This document shows positions 29,943 through 39,582 of a stretch of 64,000 nucleotides of DNA, one piece after another. A program made the position numbers and the translations under genes. Source of the stretch: Planctomycetota bacterium (lineage in GTDB: Bacteria; Planctomycetota; UBA1135; UBA2386); NCBI GenBank assembly GCA_965228735.1, contig OZ245838.1, positions 5,472,001 to 5,536,000 of the forward strand, written 5' to 3'. Below the pieces are notes generated by a model. It saw only the letters and a program-made list of their open reading frames with translations, was not told the origin of the DNA and ran no database searches. Positions within the stretch are counted from its first letter, which is position 1. Each line of letters begins with the position of its first letter.

Positions 29943-30796
29943 CGCAGGCGCGTTGCGGCGAGCCACGCGCCGCCGGCGACCGACAGCAGGATGACGGCGC
30001 CGCCGGCGAGCGCGAGCGGGTGCGGGGTCTCCCCGTGCACGAAGTAGGCGATGACCGGGTTGAGTGCGGGTTCGATCATCAGCAGCAGGCTCACGCGCAC
30101 CGCGTTGACGTGCGGGGTCGCGCGCACGAGCAGGACGTAGGCGAGGCCGACCTGGATCGTGCCGAGGTAGGTGATCGTCAGCCAGTCGCTCGTCGTCCCG
30201 AGCACGAACCGTTGACCGACGATCGGCATGAGCAGCAGCGCGAGCGGGGCCGCGGCCGCGTTGCCCCACCCGATCGCGGCGGGCGCGGACGTGCGACCGT
30301 GGCGCGACAGTGCGCGCATGCCGAGCAGCAGGAGGCCGAAGCCGAGGCCGGAGGCGAGCGCGAACATGTCGCCGAGGCGCGGTGACGGCGCGGTCGCACT
30401 CGCCTCGCTCGGCGCGCCGAAGAACAGCGCCATCCCGAGCAGGATCCCGACCATCGTGAGGATCTCGATGCGGCTCGGCTTCTCGCGCAGGATCACCGGG
30501 CTCAGCATCGCGACCCAGAACGGCGCGGTCGACTGCATGAAGATCGTGTTGGCCGCGGTCGTCAGCGTGTTGGCGATGACGAAGCCGCAGGTCGCCATGA
30601 AGTAGGGAACGACGAGCAGCAGCGTCGAACGGTCGGGGCGGCGGCGCGCCTCGGGCAGCAGCAGGAAGACCGTGAGCGCGGCGATGAACGCGCGCAGCGC
30701 GGCGCGCTGCAGCGCCGGGAACTCGCAGGTCTTGATCACGGCGCCGCCCGTCGCGAACAGCGCGCCGGCGGCCAGGACGCGCAGGGCGGGGGGCAC
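29924..30796 (-). CDS. DMT/EamA family transporter
   Basis: About 10 TM helices; TTAANTIFMQSTAP, LLLMIEPALNP. Confidence 0.9.
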   Translation of the reverse strand: MPPALRVLAAGALFATGGAVIKTCEFPALQRAALRAFIAALTVFLLLPEARRRPDRSTLLLVVPYFMATCGFVIANTLTTAANTIFMQSTAPFWVAMLSPVILREKPSRIEILTMVGILLGMALFFGAPSEASATAPSPRLGDMFALASGLGFGLLLLGMRALSRHGRTSAPAAIGWGNAAAAPLALLLMPIVGQRFVLGTTSDWLTITYLGTIQVGLAYVLLVRATPHVNAVRVSLLLMIEPALNPVIAYFVHGETPHPLALAGGAVILLSVAGGAWLAATRLRQTGRR

Positions 30797-30823
30797 GCGT
30801 TCGTTGTGCCATCTGCCTGCGCC

Positions 30824-30881
30824 CGCGTCCAGGCCGGCGTCCCGGCCCCCTCGTCCAGGCCCTCGCGTCCAGGCCGGCGTC
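30824..30881. repeat. Direct repeats in the divergent intergenic region
   Basis: CGCGTCCAGGCCGGCGTC at 30824 and 30864, core CGTCCAGGCC at 30852. Confidence 0.65.
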
Positions 30882-30934
30882 GGGCACCCGACAGTGGACA
30901 CGAACTCGGCTCTGCCCGACGCTAGTCGGCCCCG

Positions 30935-31720
30935 ATGAGCAGCTATGAGACCCTGGAGGTCGTCCACGACGGCCCCGTCCTCCATATTCGCCTCGACCGG
31001 CCCGACGTCCGCAACGCGTTCAACGGCGTCGTCGTCGACGATCTGCACGCGGCGTTCGCTGCGGCCGACGCCGACGCGACGGCGCGCGTCGTCGTGTTGT
31101 CCGGTAACGGCAAGAGCTTCTCCGCCGGCGCGGATCTCGGCTGGATGAAGGAGCAGGCCGACCTGCCCAAGGACCAGAACGCGGCGTCGGCGGATCACAT
31201 GGCGCGCGCGTTCCTCGCGATCGCGCGCTGCAAGAAGCCGGTCGTCGGTCGCATTCACGGTCACGCGCTCGGCGGCGGCACGGGACTGACCGCGGCCGTC
31301 GACCTCGCGATCGCGACGGAGACGTGCCTGTTCGGGCTGACCGAGGTCAAGCTCGGCATCGTGCCCGCGGTGATCTCGCCGTTCGTCATGCAGAAGATCG
31401 GCGCCGGTCGCGCGCGGGCGTTGTTCCTCACGGGCGAGCGCTTCGATGGTCGCGAGGCCGAGCGCATCGGGCTCGTGCATCGGGCGGTCGCGGAGGGTGA
31501 GCTCGACGCGGCGGTCGAGCAGGCGGTCGGCGAGCTGCTCACGGCCGGGCCCGCGGCGGTCGCCAGCGCGAAGGAGCTGATTCGCGCCGTCGACGGCAAG
31601 ACGCTCGAGGACGCGATCCCGGTGACGTCGCAGTGGATCGCGGAGCTGCGCGCGACGCCGGAGGCGAAGGAAGGCTTCACCGCGTTCCTCGAGAAGCGCA
31701 AGGCGGGGTGGATCCAATGA
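30935..31720 (+). CDS. liuC: Enoyl-CoA hydratase, methylglutaconyl-CoA hydratase-like
   Basis: RPDVRNAFN, FSAGADLGWM, HGHALGGG, TEVKLGIVPAVISP, EGFTAFLEKR. Confidence 0.75.
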   Translation: MSSYETLEVVHDGPVLHIRLDRPDVRNAFNGVVVDDLHAAFAAADADATARVVVLSGNGKSFSAGADLGWMKEQADLPKDQNAASADHMARAFLAIARCKKPVVGRIHGHALGGGTGLTAAVDLAIATETCLFGLTEVKLGIVPAVISPFVMQKIGAGRARALFLTGERFDGREAERIGLVHRAVAEGELDAAVEQAVGELLTAGPAAVASAKELIRAVDGKTLEDAIPVTSQWIAELRATPEAKEGFTAFLEKRKAGWIQ

Positions 31721-33171
31721 GTCGTCGACATCTCGTGCCGGTGTTCGCGTTGGCGGTCCTGTTCGTCGCGTGCAACGCGCCGACGGCGGGTTCTTCGCCG
31801 GCTGGCGGCGGCCGCGGTGCCGCGAGCAGTGCGCCGCCGAACGCGGCCGCCAACGCCGCGGCCGCCGATGACGACCCGCTCGTCGCGCGCTGCTTCGCGC
31901 TCGAAGAACGCGCGCTCGAGGACAACAACGCGATCGCGATGCTGCGCTCGCTCGTCGAAACCGCGCCCAAGCGCCTCGCCGGTTCGCCCGGCATGGTCGC
32001 AGCGGAGGACTGGGCGCTGCAGCTGCTGCGCGACGTCGGTTGTGACAGGGTCTACGGCGAACTCTGCATGGTGCCCAACTGGCAGCGCGGCGTGGAGACC
32101 GCGGCCGCGGGCGGCGCGACGCTGCCGCTCCGCGTGACCGCGCTCGGCGGCAGCGTCGGAACGCCGGCCGGCGGGCTCGAGGCCGAGGTCATCGAGGTGC
32201 GCACGTTCGAAGAGCTGCACGAACTCGGTGACGCCGCCAAGGGCAAGATCGTGTTCTTCAACCGGCCGATGCCGCGCGCGTTCCGCCGCACGGGCCGGGC
32301 CTACGGTGCGGCGGTTCCGCAGCGCAGCAACGGCGCGATCGAGGCGAGCAAGGCCGGCGGCATCGCCGCGATCGTGCGTTCGATGACGACCGCGATCGAC
32401 GGCCACCCGCACACGGGCGCGATGCGCTACGACCACGCGGTCGAGCGCGTGCCCGCCGCGGCGGTCGCGACGGCCGATGCCGAGGCTTTGTCCAAGATGC
32501 TCGCGGACGGTCCCGTGCGCGTGCGGCTCGAGCTCGGCTGCAAGACCCTGCCCGACGTCGAGGCGCGCAACGTGATCGGCGAGCTCCGCGGCAGCGAACG
32601 TCCCGACGAGGTCGTCGTCATCGGCGGCCACCTCGACGCGTGGGACCTCGGCACCGGAGCGCACGACGACGGCGCGGGGGTCGTGCACTGCGTCGAAGCG
32701 ATCCGGTTGCTCAAGGTGATCGGGTATCGGCCGAAGCGCACGATTCGGGTTGTGCTCTTCGCCAACGAGGAGAGCGGGCTGGCCGGCGCCAAGGCCTACG
32801 CCGCGGCGCGCGACGCCGACGGCACGATCGGCAAGCACGTCGCCGCGATCGAGACCGACTCGGGCGGCTTCATGCCGATGGGGTTCTCGTGCTCACTGCG
32901 CGGTGACGAGGCGGCTGCGATCGAACAGCTGTTCGCCCCGCTCGATCGCATCAACGTCGGCCTGTTCTTGCCGGGCGCAGGCGCGGGCGGTGCCGACATC
33001 AGCCAGCTGCACGCGCGCGGCGTCCCGTGCTTCGGCCTCTGGGTCAACGGCCAGCGCTATTTCGACTACCACCACACGGCGGTCGATGACCTGCCCGCGG
33101 TCAACGAGCGTGAACTGGCGATCGGTGCGGCGGTGATCGCGTATGCGGCGAGCGTGTTGGCGGATCGGTAG
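31717..33171 (+). CDS. M28 family peptidase (carboxypeptidase Q-like lipoprotein)
   Basis: Lipobox FVAC; RLAGS, GGHLDAWD, GAHDDGAG, FANEESG, YFDYHHT; PA domain. Confidence 0.9.
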   Translation: MSRRHLVPVFALAVLFVACNAPTAGSSPAGGGRGAASSAPPNAAANAAAADDDPLVARCFALEERALEDNNAIAMLRSLVETAPKRLAGSPGMVAAEDWALQLLRDVGCDRVYGELCMVPNWQRGVETAAAGGATLPLRVTALGGSVGTPAGGLEAEVIEVRTFEELHELGDAAKGKIVFFNRPMPRAFRRTGRAYGAAVPQRSNGAIEASKAGGIAAIVRSMTTAIDGHPHTGAMRYDHAVERVPAAAVATADAEALSKMLADGPVRVRLELGCKTLPDVEARNVIGELRGSERPDEVVVIGGHLDAWDLGTGAHDDGAGVVHCVEAIRLLKVIGYRPKRTIRVVLFANEESGLAGAKAYAAARDADGTIGKHVAAIETDSGGFMPMGFSCSLRGDEAAAIEQLFAPLDRINVGLFLPGAGAGGADISQLHARGVPCFGLWVNGQRYFDYHHTAVDDLPAVNERELAIGAAVIAYAASVLADR

Positions 33172-33245
33172 CTGCCGCGGGCGGGGTCACGCCGCGAGAC
33201 GTGACGACCAATGTCGCGCTCGTGATCGAGGGCTGTCGAATTCGA

Positions 33246-33850
33246 GTTGGACGGATCCGTGGGAGACCTTGCCAAGAGTGTGACCCGTTCGCTGGCGAAC
33301 GTGATCGGCGTTCCACTCCGACGAGTCGTCATCCGCACCCTCGACGGCGAGATCAGCCACCGAGAGGAGCTTGCAGATCCGCGGCTCTACATCGGCGGCG
33401 AGGTGCGGCTCGACTTCGAGCCCCAGCCGGTGTTCGTGAGTTGGATCCAGAACGAGGGATGGCCGGTGTTCTGCTCCATCGGCGTGCGTTCGGACTCGCT
33501 ATTCATGCGGGAGTCGACGCTCGTTGATTGGGACGTCAGCAACTTGGTCCCTTGGAGCAAGTGCATCGATCAGCACCTACTCGCGGCCCGGGTCTTCGCC
33601 ATCGACGAGACACCACAGGTCGTGGAGTTCTCCTTCCACGATCAGGACTTCTGGATGGCGTGTGGTCGCGAGCAGGACGTCGGTGATGGTGACGACCTCC
33701 TGATTCGACCGGGCCCCTTCCCGGCGAATGAGCGCGCGACACTCGTTTGGCCGGTATCGCTCGACGGTCCAACAAGCCCCAGGAGCTGACGAGTCGCGAG
33801 GAAACCCGTAGAAGAAGGAGCCCCGGCGATCTCGCGACGACCAGGGGCGG
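33246..33850 (+). mobile_element. Integron-type gene cassette with degenerate attC
   Basis: GTTGGAC (33246-52) ahead of the ORF is exactly complementary to GTCCAAC (33767-73), which is followed by AAGCCCCAGGAGCTGAC and a GTCGCGAG/CTCGCGAC hairpin. Confidence 0.55.
33259..33789 (+). CDS. Hypothetical protein (cassette ORF)
   Basis: Open frame in a lower-GC patch, starting 7 nt after the GTTRRRY site. Confidence 0.7.
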   Translation: MGDLAKSVTRSLANVIGVPLRRVVIRTLDGEISHREELADPRLYIGGEVRLDFEPQPVFVSWIQNEGWPVFCSIGVRSDSLFMRESTLVDWDVSNLVPWSKCIDQHLLAARVFAIDETPQVVEFSFHDQDFWMACGREQDVGDGDDLLIRPGPFPANERATLVWPVSLDGPTSPRS

Positions 33851-33999
33851 AAACGGCGGGCCGACCTTCCCGTCTGTCGAAGCATGGTGCAGCTGATGCT
33901 CGATCAAGAGGGCGAATCCTTCTGGGCCCGTACGGCCCAACACGGCGCAGCAGCCGATGATCGAAGACAACCGGATGATCCAAGCTCGCAGCACAGTCC

Positions 34000-34923
34000 A
34001 TGACGCACGAAAGAGAGAAGTTGAAGTGGGCAGTCCAGGTCTTGGCCATGCCGGGCGAGGTTCAGCGGCGGCTGTATCCAGACTTCGCGTGCAAGCCCGA
34101 CGAGTTGGCGCTCGAGTGGGACGAGGAGTTCCGCATGACGGCTGGATCTGAGCTGAGGCAAGTCCAACTGGAGGCCATGCAGCGTCTGGATCGCAAGCTC
34201 GAGTCGATGTCTCGGGATGGTCCGGACTTCAGTGAGGACCTCTGGGACGAATCAGCGTTGTGCACCTCTGCGCACGGGGCCTTGGTGCGAGAGCTCGGTG
34301 ACGCGGTGCTTCAACAGATGGCTTGGCCCAAGGAGTCTCCACCGGAAGTCCCGAGGCTCGTGGTGCCCATTACATTCCGGGGTAGTCTGGGCGTCCAGTC
34401 GAGTCAGGCAAACGAGATGGCGACCAACCGCAGTCTGGAGCAGCGATGGGAGACGCCTGTTTCGGATGCGCAGAGTCTCGCGATGGTCTCGTTGGTTGAT
34501 CAGGATGGGCTGCACATCACGGTGCAGGACAACCGTGACCGAGCCGGTCGGCGCTTTCGATTCTCCTTCGATCGCGTCGCGGCCTACCGGAGCATTCTGG
34601 AGGAGTATCGGACTAGCGATCCTCCGGCAGTCCAGCACGCCGGTTGGACCCGGGTCGCCCCAGGTTCGGCCTGGCTGTCCGACTTGCGTAGCCGTGAGCC
34701 GCTGCTCGATGTCCACAGCCCGGACTGCCGCCACTACATCATCGTGACCGAGGACGATGTCATCGATGTGCTCACACCGGAGGAGCCTCGAATCGTCGAG
34801 GTCGCGCCTGCGGGTGCCGGCGACCCCGCGCCAGGGAAGTCTGGCGTGCTCCACGACCCAGAAGATCGCGAGCAGATCGATGAGCTGCTTGATGATCTTC
34901 GCACTGATCGAGATGGTGCCTAA
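34000..34923 (+). CDS. Hypothetical protein, apparently a fusion of two small genes (internal ATG at 34417)
   Basis: N-half LAMPGEVQRRLYPDF..DELALEW..WPKESPP; C-half from MATNRSLEQRWETP; atypical codon usage. Confidence 0.65.
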   Translation: MTHEREKLKWAVQVLAMPGEVQRRLYPDFACKPDELALEWDEEFRMTAGSELRQVQLEAMQRLDRKLESMSRDGPDFSEDLWDESALCTSAHGALVRELGDAVLQQMAWPKESPPEVPRLVVPITFRGSLGVQSSQANEMATNRSLEQRWETPVSDAQSLAMVSLVDQDGLHITVQDNRDRAGRRFRFSFDRVAAYRSILEEYRTSDPPAVQHAGWTRVAPGSAWLSDLRSREPLLDVHSPDCRHYIIVTEDDVIDVLTPEEPRIVEVAPAGAGDPAPGKSGVLHDPEDREQIDELLDDLRTDRDGA

Positions 34924-34950
34924 TCTGAGCTAGACGGATGAGTCAGGCGA

Positions 34951-35595
34951 ATGCCCGAGGTCATTCTCGAAGAGCAGCTCCTTGGCCTGCCTCCGCGGAT
35001 CAAGGTTGCGATCGGTGGCGTGTTGACCATCGGAGGCGGCGTCGCGTTCCGTGTTCTTTGGGACAAGGGTTGGCTGGCGGGCGCGGCCATCTTTGCTTTG
35101 GCGATGGGCGTCACGCTCGTGCTGTCCGGACGCAGCGAGCTTTCTCGAATCCGTGCGCACGATGCGGAGATGGAGAGGGCGCGACGGGAGTGGAACGAGC
35201 TCGAGCGCGGTGTTGACGGCGCCTTGCGAGACGGGCAGAGCGTCGTCCGCTTCTTACAAGCTCGTGGGTATCGTGATTACGCCGTCAGGCGATGGATCGC
35301 GGCAGAGCTGCGCGTCGATGCTCGTCGCGGTCAGCTCGAGTTCGAATCCGCGGGCGCGCCCTTCTCCGCCGATCAGTTCCGGCAGCTCTTCGAGCGGTTG
35401 GATGAGGTGAGTGGCACTGGCTACGAGTGCGATCATGAGTTCACTCTCACTCGTCGGTTCCTGGCGGAGCGGCAGCTGCCGACCGATGCCTCGCTCCGTT
35501 GGCTGGGGGAGCACGGAGCTGGCTGTGACTGCGAGGTCATCTTCAACGTCGCGCCGCAGTGGGGCTATCGAGTCGGTTTCGAGCCGCGGCCGTAG
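34951..35595 (+). CDS. Membrane protein with C-terminal DUF2695 domain
   Basis: Two TM helices; CDHEFTLTRRFL...WLGEHGAGCDCEVIFNV. Confidence 0.75.
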   Translation: MPEVILEEQLLGLPPRIKVAIGGVLTIGGGVAFRVLWDKGWLAGAAIFALAMGVTLVLSGRSELSRIRAHDAEMERARREWNELERGVDGALRDGQSVVRFLQARGYRDYAVRRWIAAELRVDARRGQLEFESAGAPFSADQFRQLFERLDEVSGTGYECDHEFTLTRRFLAERQLPTDASLRWLGEHGAGCDCEVIFNVAPQWGYRVGFEPRP

Positions 35596-35601
35596 AGTGG
35601 G

Positions 35602-36141
35602 CTACAACCCGACCGTCAGCGTCCCACCATTCGTCGCCAGCGGCGGGACGAACACCTGGCCCTGCTGCAGTCGCGACAGCAGGATCTGCTGATGCAGCTG
35701 CACGCCGACGAGATTCGACGTGTTCGGCACCGTGATGTCGAAGCTCGGCGAAGCATTGCTCGGCCAGCCCGGGGCGCAGCCGCTGTTGCTCATCACGTTC
35801 ATCGTCGTGACGGCATCGGGTGACACGAGCAGCGTGAAGCCCTGGGGCAGCTGCGCCGGCAGCGGGACGCCGCTCCAGGTCTGCTTCGAGAAGCCGGTGA
35901 GCAGCCACATCGCCCATGGCGTGATCGCGAGGGTGCAGCTGATCGGAGCGGGCGTGTAATCGACGGCGACGGAGAACGTCGTCCCGAGCTGCGGCAGGCC
36001 GGTCACGGTGAGGGCCTGGCCGTAGCTCGTCTCGCCGCTCGCCGAGCCGAAGAACGTGTAGCTCGCGGCCTGGGCCGAGAGGCCGACGGCGAGGGCGGCG
36101 GTGGTGACGCCGAAACGGATCATGGAATGCAGGGGGGTCAT
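35602..36141 (-). CDS. Small secreted protein consisting almost entirely of the shared C-terminal domain
   Basis: Signal peptide ...AVGLSAQ then YTFFGS..GLPQLGTTF..LVGVQLHQQ..TNGGTLTVGL. Confidence 0.75.
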   Translation of the reverse strand: MTPLHSMIRFGVTTAALAVGLSAQAASYTFFGSASGETSYGQALTVTGLPQLGTTFSVAVDYTPAPISCTLAITPWAMWLLTGFSKQTWSGVPLPAQLPQGFTLLVSPDAVTTMNVMSNSGCAPGWPSNASPSFDITVPNTSNLVGVQLHQQILLSRLQQGQVFVPPLATNGGTLTVGL

Positions 36142-36304
36142 CTCGACAAGGGTAGCCCGCTGCGGCCTCGGGGTAACGGGGGCCTGCGGTGGCAGCGGTG
36201 GCAGCAGTGGCGGGCCTCCTTCGAACAGAAAGCCTGGCACCGGTCGCGCCCGAACAGCGCCTGACCCGGCGTATCCACGAACCAACTTCAAAGAGACCCC
36301 TCTG

Positions 36305-37699
36305 ATGCGAAACTCTACTGCATTTCCTTCCCCGCTCGCCGGCGTCCTCGTTGCCGCCGCATTGAGTCTGACCGCCCTGCCCGCCCAGGAGTGGTATCGC
36401 GACGCGGCGAACTCGGCGCCGCCCGCGCGTCGCTTCCACGCCGTGGCGCACCTGAACGGCGAGACGTTGCTGTTCGGCGGCATCGACGAACGCTCCAACA
36501 CGGTCTACGGCGACCTCTGGTCGTACGACGGCCTCGAGTGGCAGCAGCGGACCGTCACCGGCCCGACACCGGGGCCGCGCCAACGCTTCGCGTACTGTGT
36601 CGACACCGCGCGTTCTGTTCTGGTGCTCTTCGGCGGCCTCGACGCGGCTGGCCAGGTCCTCGGTGACACCTGGGAGTTCGACGGCTCGGCATGGTCGGCA
36701 GTCGCCACGGCGACGGCGCCGTCGGCGCGGACCGGCGCCGCGATGGCGTTCGATTCGGGGCGCGGTGTCGCCGTGCTGTTCGGTGGCGGCGACGCCAACG
36801 CCGCGAGCGACGAGACCTGGGAGTTCGATGGTCTGACCTGGCAGCAGAGCGCCGCGGCGACGCCGCCCGGTGCCCGCCAGGGCCACGCGATGGTCTACGA
36901 CCCGACCCGTGGCGTCACCGTGTTGTTCGGTGGCTTCGACGCCGGGCAGTCGACGTTCGTCGAGGACACCTGGACGTTCGACGGCGCGAGCTGGTCGCAG
37001 ATCGTCACGCTGACCACACCGAGCACGGCCGTCTTTCCGGCGATGACCTTCTTCGCCGCGCACGACGTCGTCGTCATGACGGGCGCGCTCGGCGTGCCGA
37101 GCCAGCCCGTGCGCACGTGGGCTTTCGACGGCGTGGACTGGCACCCCGGCCCGACCGCACCGCCTGAGTTCGGCGGTCGCCAGGCCCACGGCATGGCCTA
37201 CGACGGTTCGCGCGACCTGATCGTCGTCTTCGGCGGCGCGCGCATCAGTTTCGGTGGCGCCCTGCCGCTCGACGAGACCTGGGAGCTGTCGACGCCGGCG
37301 GTCTTCGAACGCTTCGGCGCGGGTTGCCCGATCGGCCAGCGCATCCCCGACCTGGATCCCGTCGCGGGCGCGCGACCGCAGATCGGCAGTCGATTCGAGC
37401 TCGAGCTGCGCAGCCCCGGCGTCATGGCATCGTTCGCCTTCGGCTTCGACGACACCACGTTCGCCGGCGTGCCGCTGCCGGCCGACCTGTCGGTGGTCGG
37501 CCTGCCGGGGTGTCAGCTCCACACGAGCATCGACCACGCCCTGCTCGCGCCGATCTCCAACGGGACGGCAATCGCCGCGCTCGACCTGCCGCTCTACCCA
37601 GCGCTGCTCGGACTGCAGTTCTTCGCGCAGGCGTTCGTCCTCGATACCGCTGGTCCCGCCGCGATGTCGAACGCCGGGCGACTGACGGTCGGCAACTGA
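36305..37699 (+). CDS. Secreted Kelch-repeat beta-propeller protein with shared C-terminal domain
   Basis: Six LFGG...DTWEFDG repeats; C-terminus FGAGC..PGCQL..QAFVLD..SNAGRLTVGN. Confidence 0.88.
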   Translation: MRNSTAFPSPLAGVLVAAALSLTALPAQEWYRDAANSAPPARRFHAVAHLNGETLLFGGIDERSNTVYGDLWSYDGLEWQQRTVTGPTPGPRQRFAYCVDTARSVLVLFGGLDAAGQVLGDTWEFDGSAWSAVATATAPSARTGAAMAFDSGRGVAVLFGGGDANAASDETWEFDGLTWQQSAAATPPGARQGHAMVYDPTRGVTVLFGGFDAGQSTFVEDTWTFDGASWSQIVTLTTPSTAVFPAMTFFAAHDVVVMTGALGVPSQPVRTWAFDGVDWHPGPTAPPEFGGRQAHGMAYDGSRDLIVVFGGARISFGGALPLDETWELSTPAVFERFGAGCPIGQRIPDLDPVAGARPQIGSRFELELRSPGVMASFAFGFDDTTFAGVPLPADLSVVGLPGCQLHTSIDHALLAPISNGTAIAALDLPLYPALLGLQFFAQAFVLDTAGPAAMSNAGRLTVGN

Positions 37700-37821
37700 A
37701 TCACGCGAGTCGTTCTCTTCGAAGCCGCCGGGTCAGCACTCGTTGTCGAGCGCTGGCCCGGCGGTTTCTTCGTAGCGGTCGAATCGTGGCACCGTGCCCG
37801 CGGCTCTGGCGCCATGCCGTC

Positions 37822-39465
37822 ATGCAACGATGCGCTCTGTGGCTCTCTTTCGCGCTCGCCGGCTGTGCGATCCGCGACGCCGGTACTCCCGCCGACCCGG
37901 CGATCTCGACCGAACTCCGCGCGCTTGGCGGGCACACGTTCCGCGTCACGACCGCGAACGCGGCCGCGCAGGACTGGTTCGATCGCGGGCTCGCGTGGTG
38001 CTACGGCTTCCATCACGAGGAGGCGAAGCGCTGCTTCCGCGCGGCCCTGGCGGCCGATCCCGATTGCGCGATGGCGCACTGGGGGCTGGCCTACGCGTCC
38101 GGCCCGCACATCAACAACATGGAGATGTCGCCCGAGGCCGCGCGGCTCGCACACGAGAATGCGCAGCGTGCCGTGGCGCGCAGGATGCTCGCCTCGCCGG
38201 TCGAGCGCGCGCTGATCGACGCGATCGCGGCGCGCTACACCTGGCCCGCGCCAGCGGAGCGGCGCGCGCTCGACGAGGCCTACGCCGCGGCGATGGCCAA
38301 GGCCTACGCGCTGTTCGGAGAACATCCCGACGTCGGCTCGCTCTACGCCGAATCGCTCATGGACCTGCGGCCCTGGGACCTGTGGCGGGAGGACGGCAGT
38401 CCGCAGCCCGAGACGCCGACGATCCTCGCGGCGCTCGAGCGGGTCATGGCGAGCTGCCCGCGCCACCCGCAGGCCAACCATCTCTACATCCACGCGGTCG
38501 AGGCGTCCCGCACGCCCGGTCGCGCGTTGCCGGCGGCGAATCGCCTGCGCGGCCTCGCGCCCGCGATCGGTCACCTGCAGCACATGCCGGCCCACATCGA
38601 CATCCGCCTCGGGCGTTACGAGGCCGCGGTCGAGGCCAACCGGCAGGGCATCGCGGCCGATCTGGCGGTCGTGGCCCGCACCGGACGCGAGGGCTTCTAC
38701 GAGATCTACCGCGCGCACAACTACCACTTCCTGGCCTATGCCGCGATGTTCGCCGGCAACGAAGCCGAGGCGATCGCCGCGGCGCGCGAGCTGACCCGCG
38801 AGCTGCCGGCCGACGTCGTGCGCGCGCTGCCGGAGTTCCTGGAGTTCTACGTGGCGGTGCCGCTGCACGTGCTCGTGCGCTTCGGCCGCTGGGACGCGAT
38901 CCTCGCCGAGCCGCGCCCGCCCGAGTGGCAGCACAGTCATCGCGCGATGTGGCACTACGCGCGCGGCGTCGCGCTCGCCGCGCTGGGCCGCGTCGACGAA
39001 GCCGTGCTCGAGCGGTCGGCGTTCGATGCAGCTGCCGAGGTCGTTCCCGCGGAGTGGATGGCCGGCAACAACCCCACGCGCACGGTCCTCGCGATCGGGG
39101 CGAAGTTCCTCGAGGGCGAGGTCGAGTTCCGGCGCGGCAATCACGACGTGGCGTTCGCCGCGCTGCGCCGGGCCGTCGCGCTCGACGAGGCGTTGCGCTA
39201 CGACGAACCCTGGGGCTGGATGATGCCGCCAGCGCACGCGCTCGGCGCGTTGCTCCTCGAGGCCGGCCGGGTGGCGGAGGCCAGGCCCGTCTACGAGGGG
39301 GATCTGCGGCGCCACCCCGAGAACGGCTGGGCGCTGCAGGGCCTCCGGGAGTGCCTGCAACGGACGGGCGCGAGCACCGCGGCTGCGGCGGTCGACGACC
39401 GGTTCCGGACCGCCTGGCGGCACGCGACGGTCGAGATCGCGGCCTCGTGCTTCTGCCGGCAGTAG
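37822..39465 (+). CDS. TPR-containing lipoprotein
   Basis: Lipobox LAGC; AQDWFDRGL..YGFHHEEA, HLYIHAVE, HLQHMPAHI, YDEPWGW, PENGWAL. Confidence 0.85.
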   Translation: MQRCALWLSFALAGCAIRDAGTPADPAISTELRALGGHTFRVTTANAAAQDWFDRGLAWCYGFHHEEAKRCFRAALAADPDCAMAHWGLAYASGPHINNMEMSPEAARLAHENAQRAVARRMLASPVERALIDAIAARYTWPAPAERRALDEAYAAAMAKAYALFGEHPDVGSLYAESLMDLRPWDLWREDGSPQPETPTILAALERVMASCPRHPQANHLYIHAVEASRTPGRALPAANRLRGLAPAIGHLQHMPAHIDIRLGRYEAAVEANRQGIAADLAVVARTGREGFYEIYRAHNYHFLAYAAMFAGNEAEAIAAARELTRELPADVVRALPEFLEFYVAVPLHVLVRFGRWDAILAEPRPPEWQHSHRAMWHYARGVALAALGRVDEAVLERSAFDAAAEVVPAEWMAGNNPTRTVLAIGAKFLEGEVEFRRGNHDVAFAALRRAVALDEALRYDEPWGWMMPPAHALGALLLEAGRVAEARPVYEGDLRRHPENGWALQGLRECLQRTGASTAAAAVDDRFRTAWRHATVEIAASCFCRQ

Positions 39466-39582
39466 GCGAGGCCCGGGGGGGAGCCGGGGAGCTGGCGATT
39501 CGAGAATTCCTGGCACCCCCGAAATGCTCCTGGCGCGAGGGCACCGACCCCCCTGATCCCTGACTCCCTCGGAGGCTTCGCA

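Noticed and set aside
19888..31720. A contiguous leucine-catabolism (liu) operon
   Set aside because: The liuB- and liuC-like genes are about 9 kb apart with unrelated genes between them, and no biotin carboxylase subunit or HMG-CoA lyase is present.
36188..36212. GGTGGCAGC short repeat (and GGTGGCT repeats near 63210-63235)
   Set aside because: Too short and GC-rich to distinguish from chance slippage.
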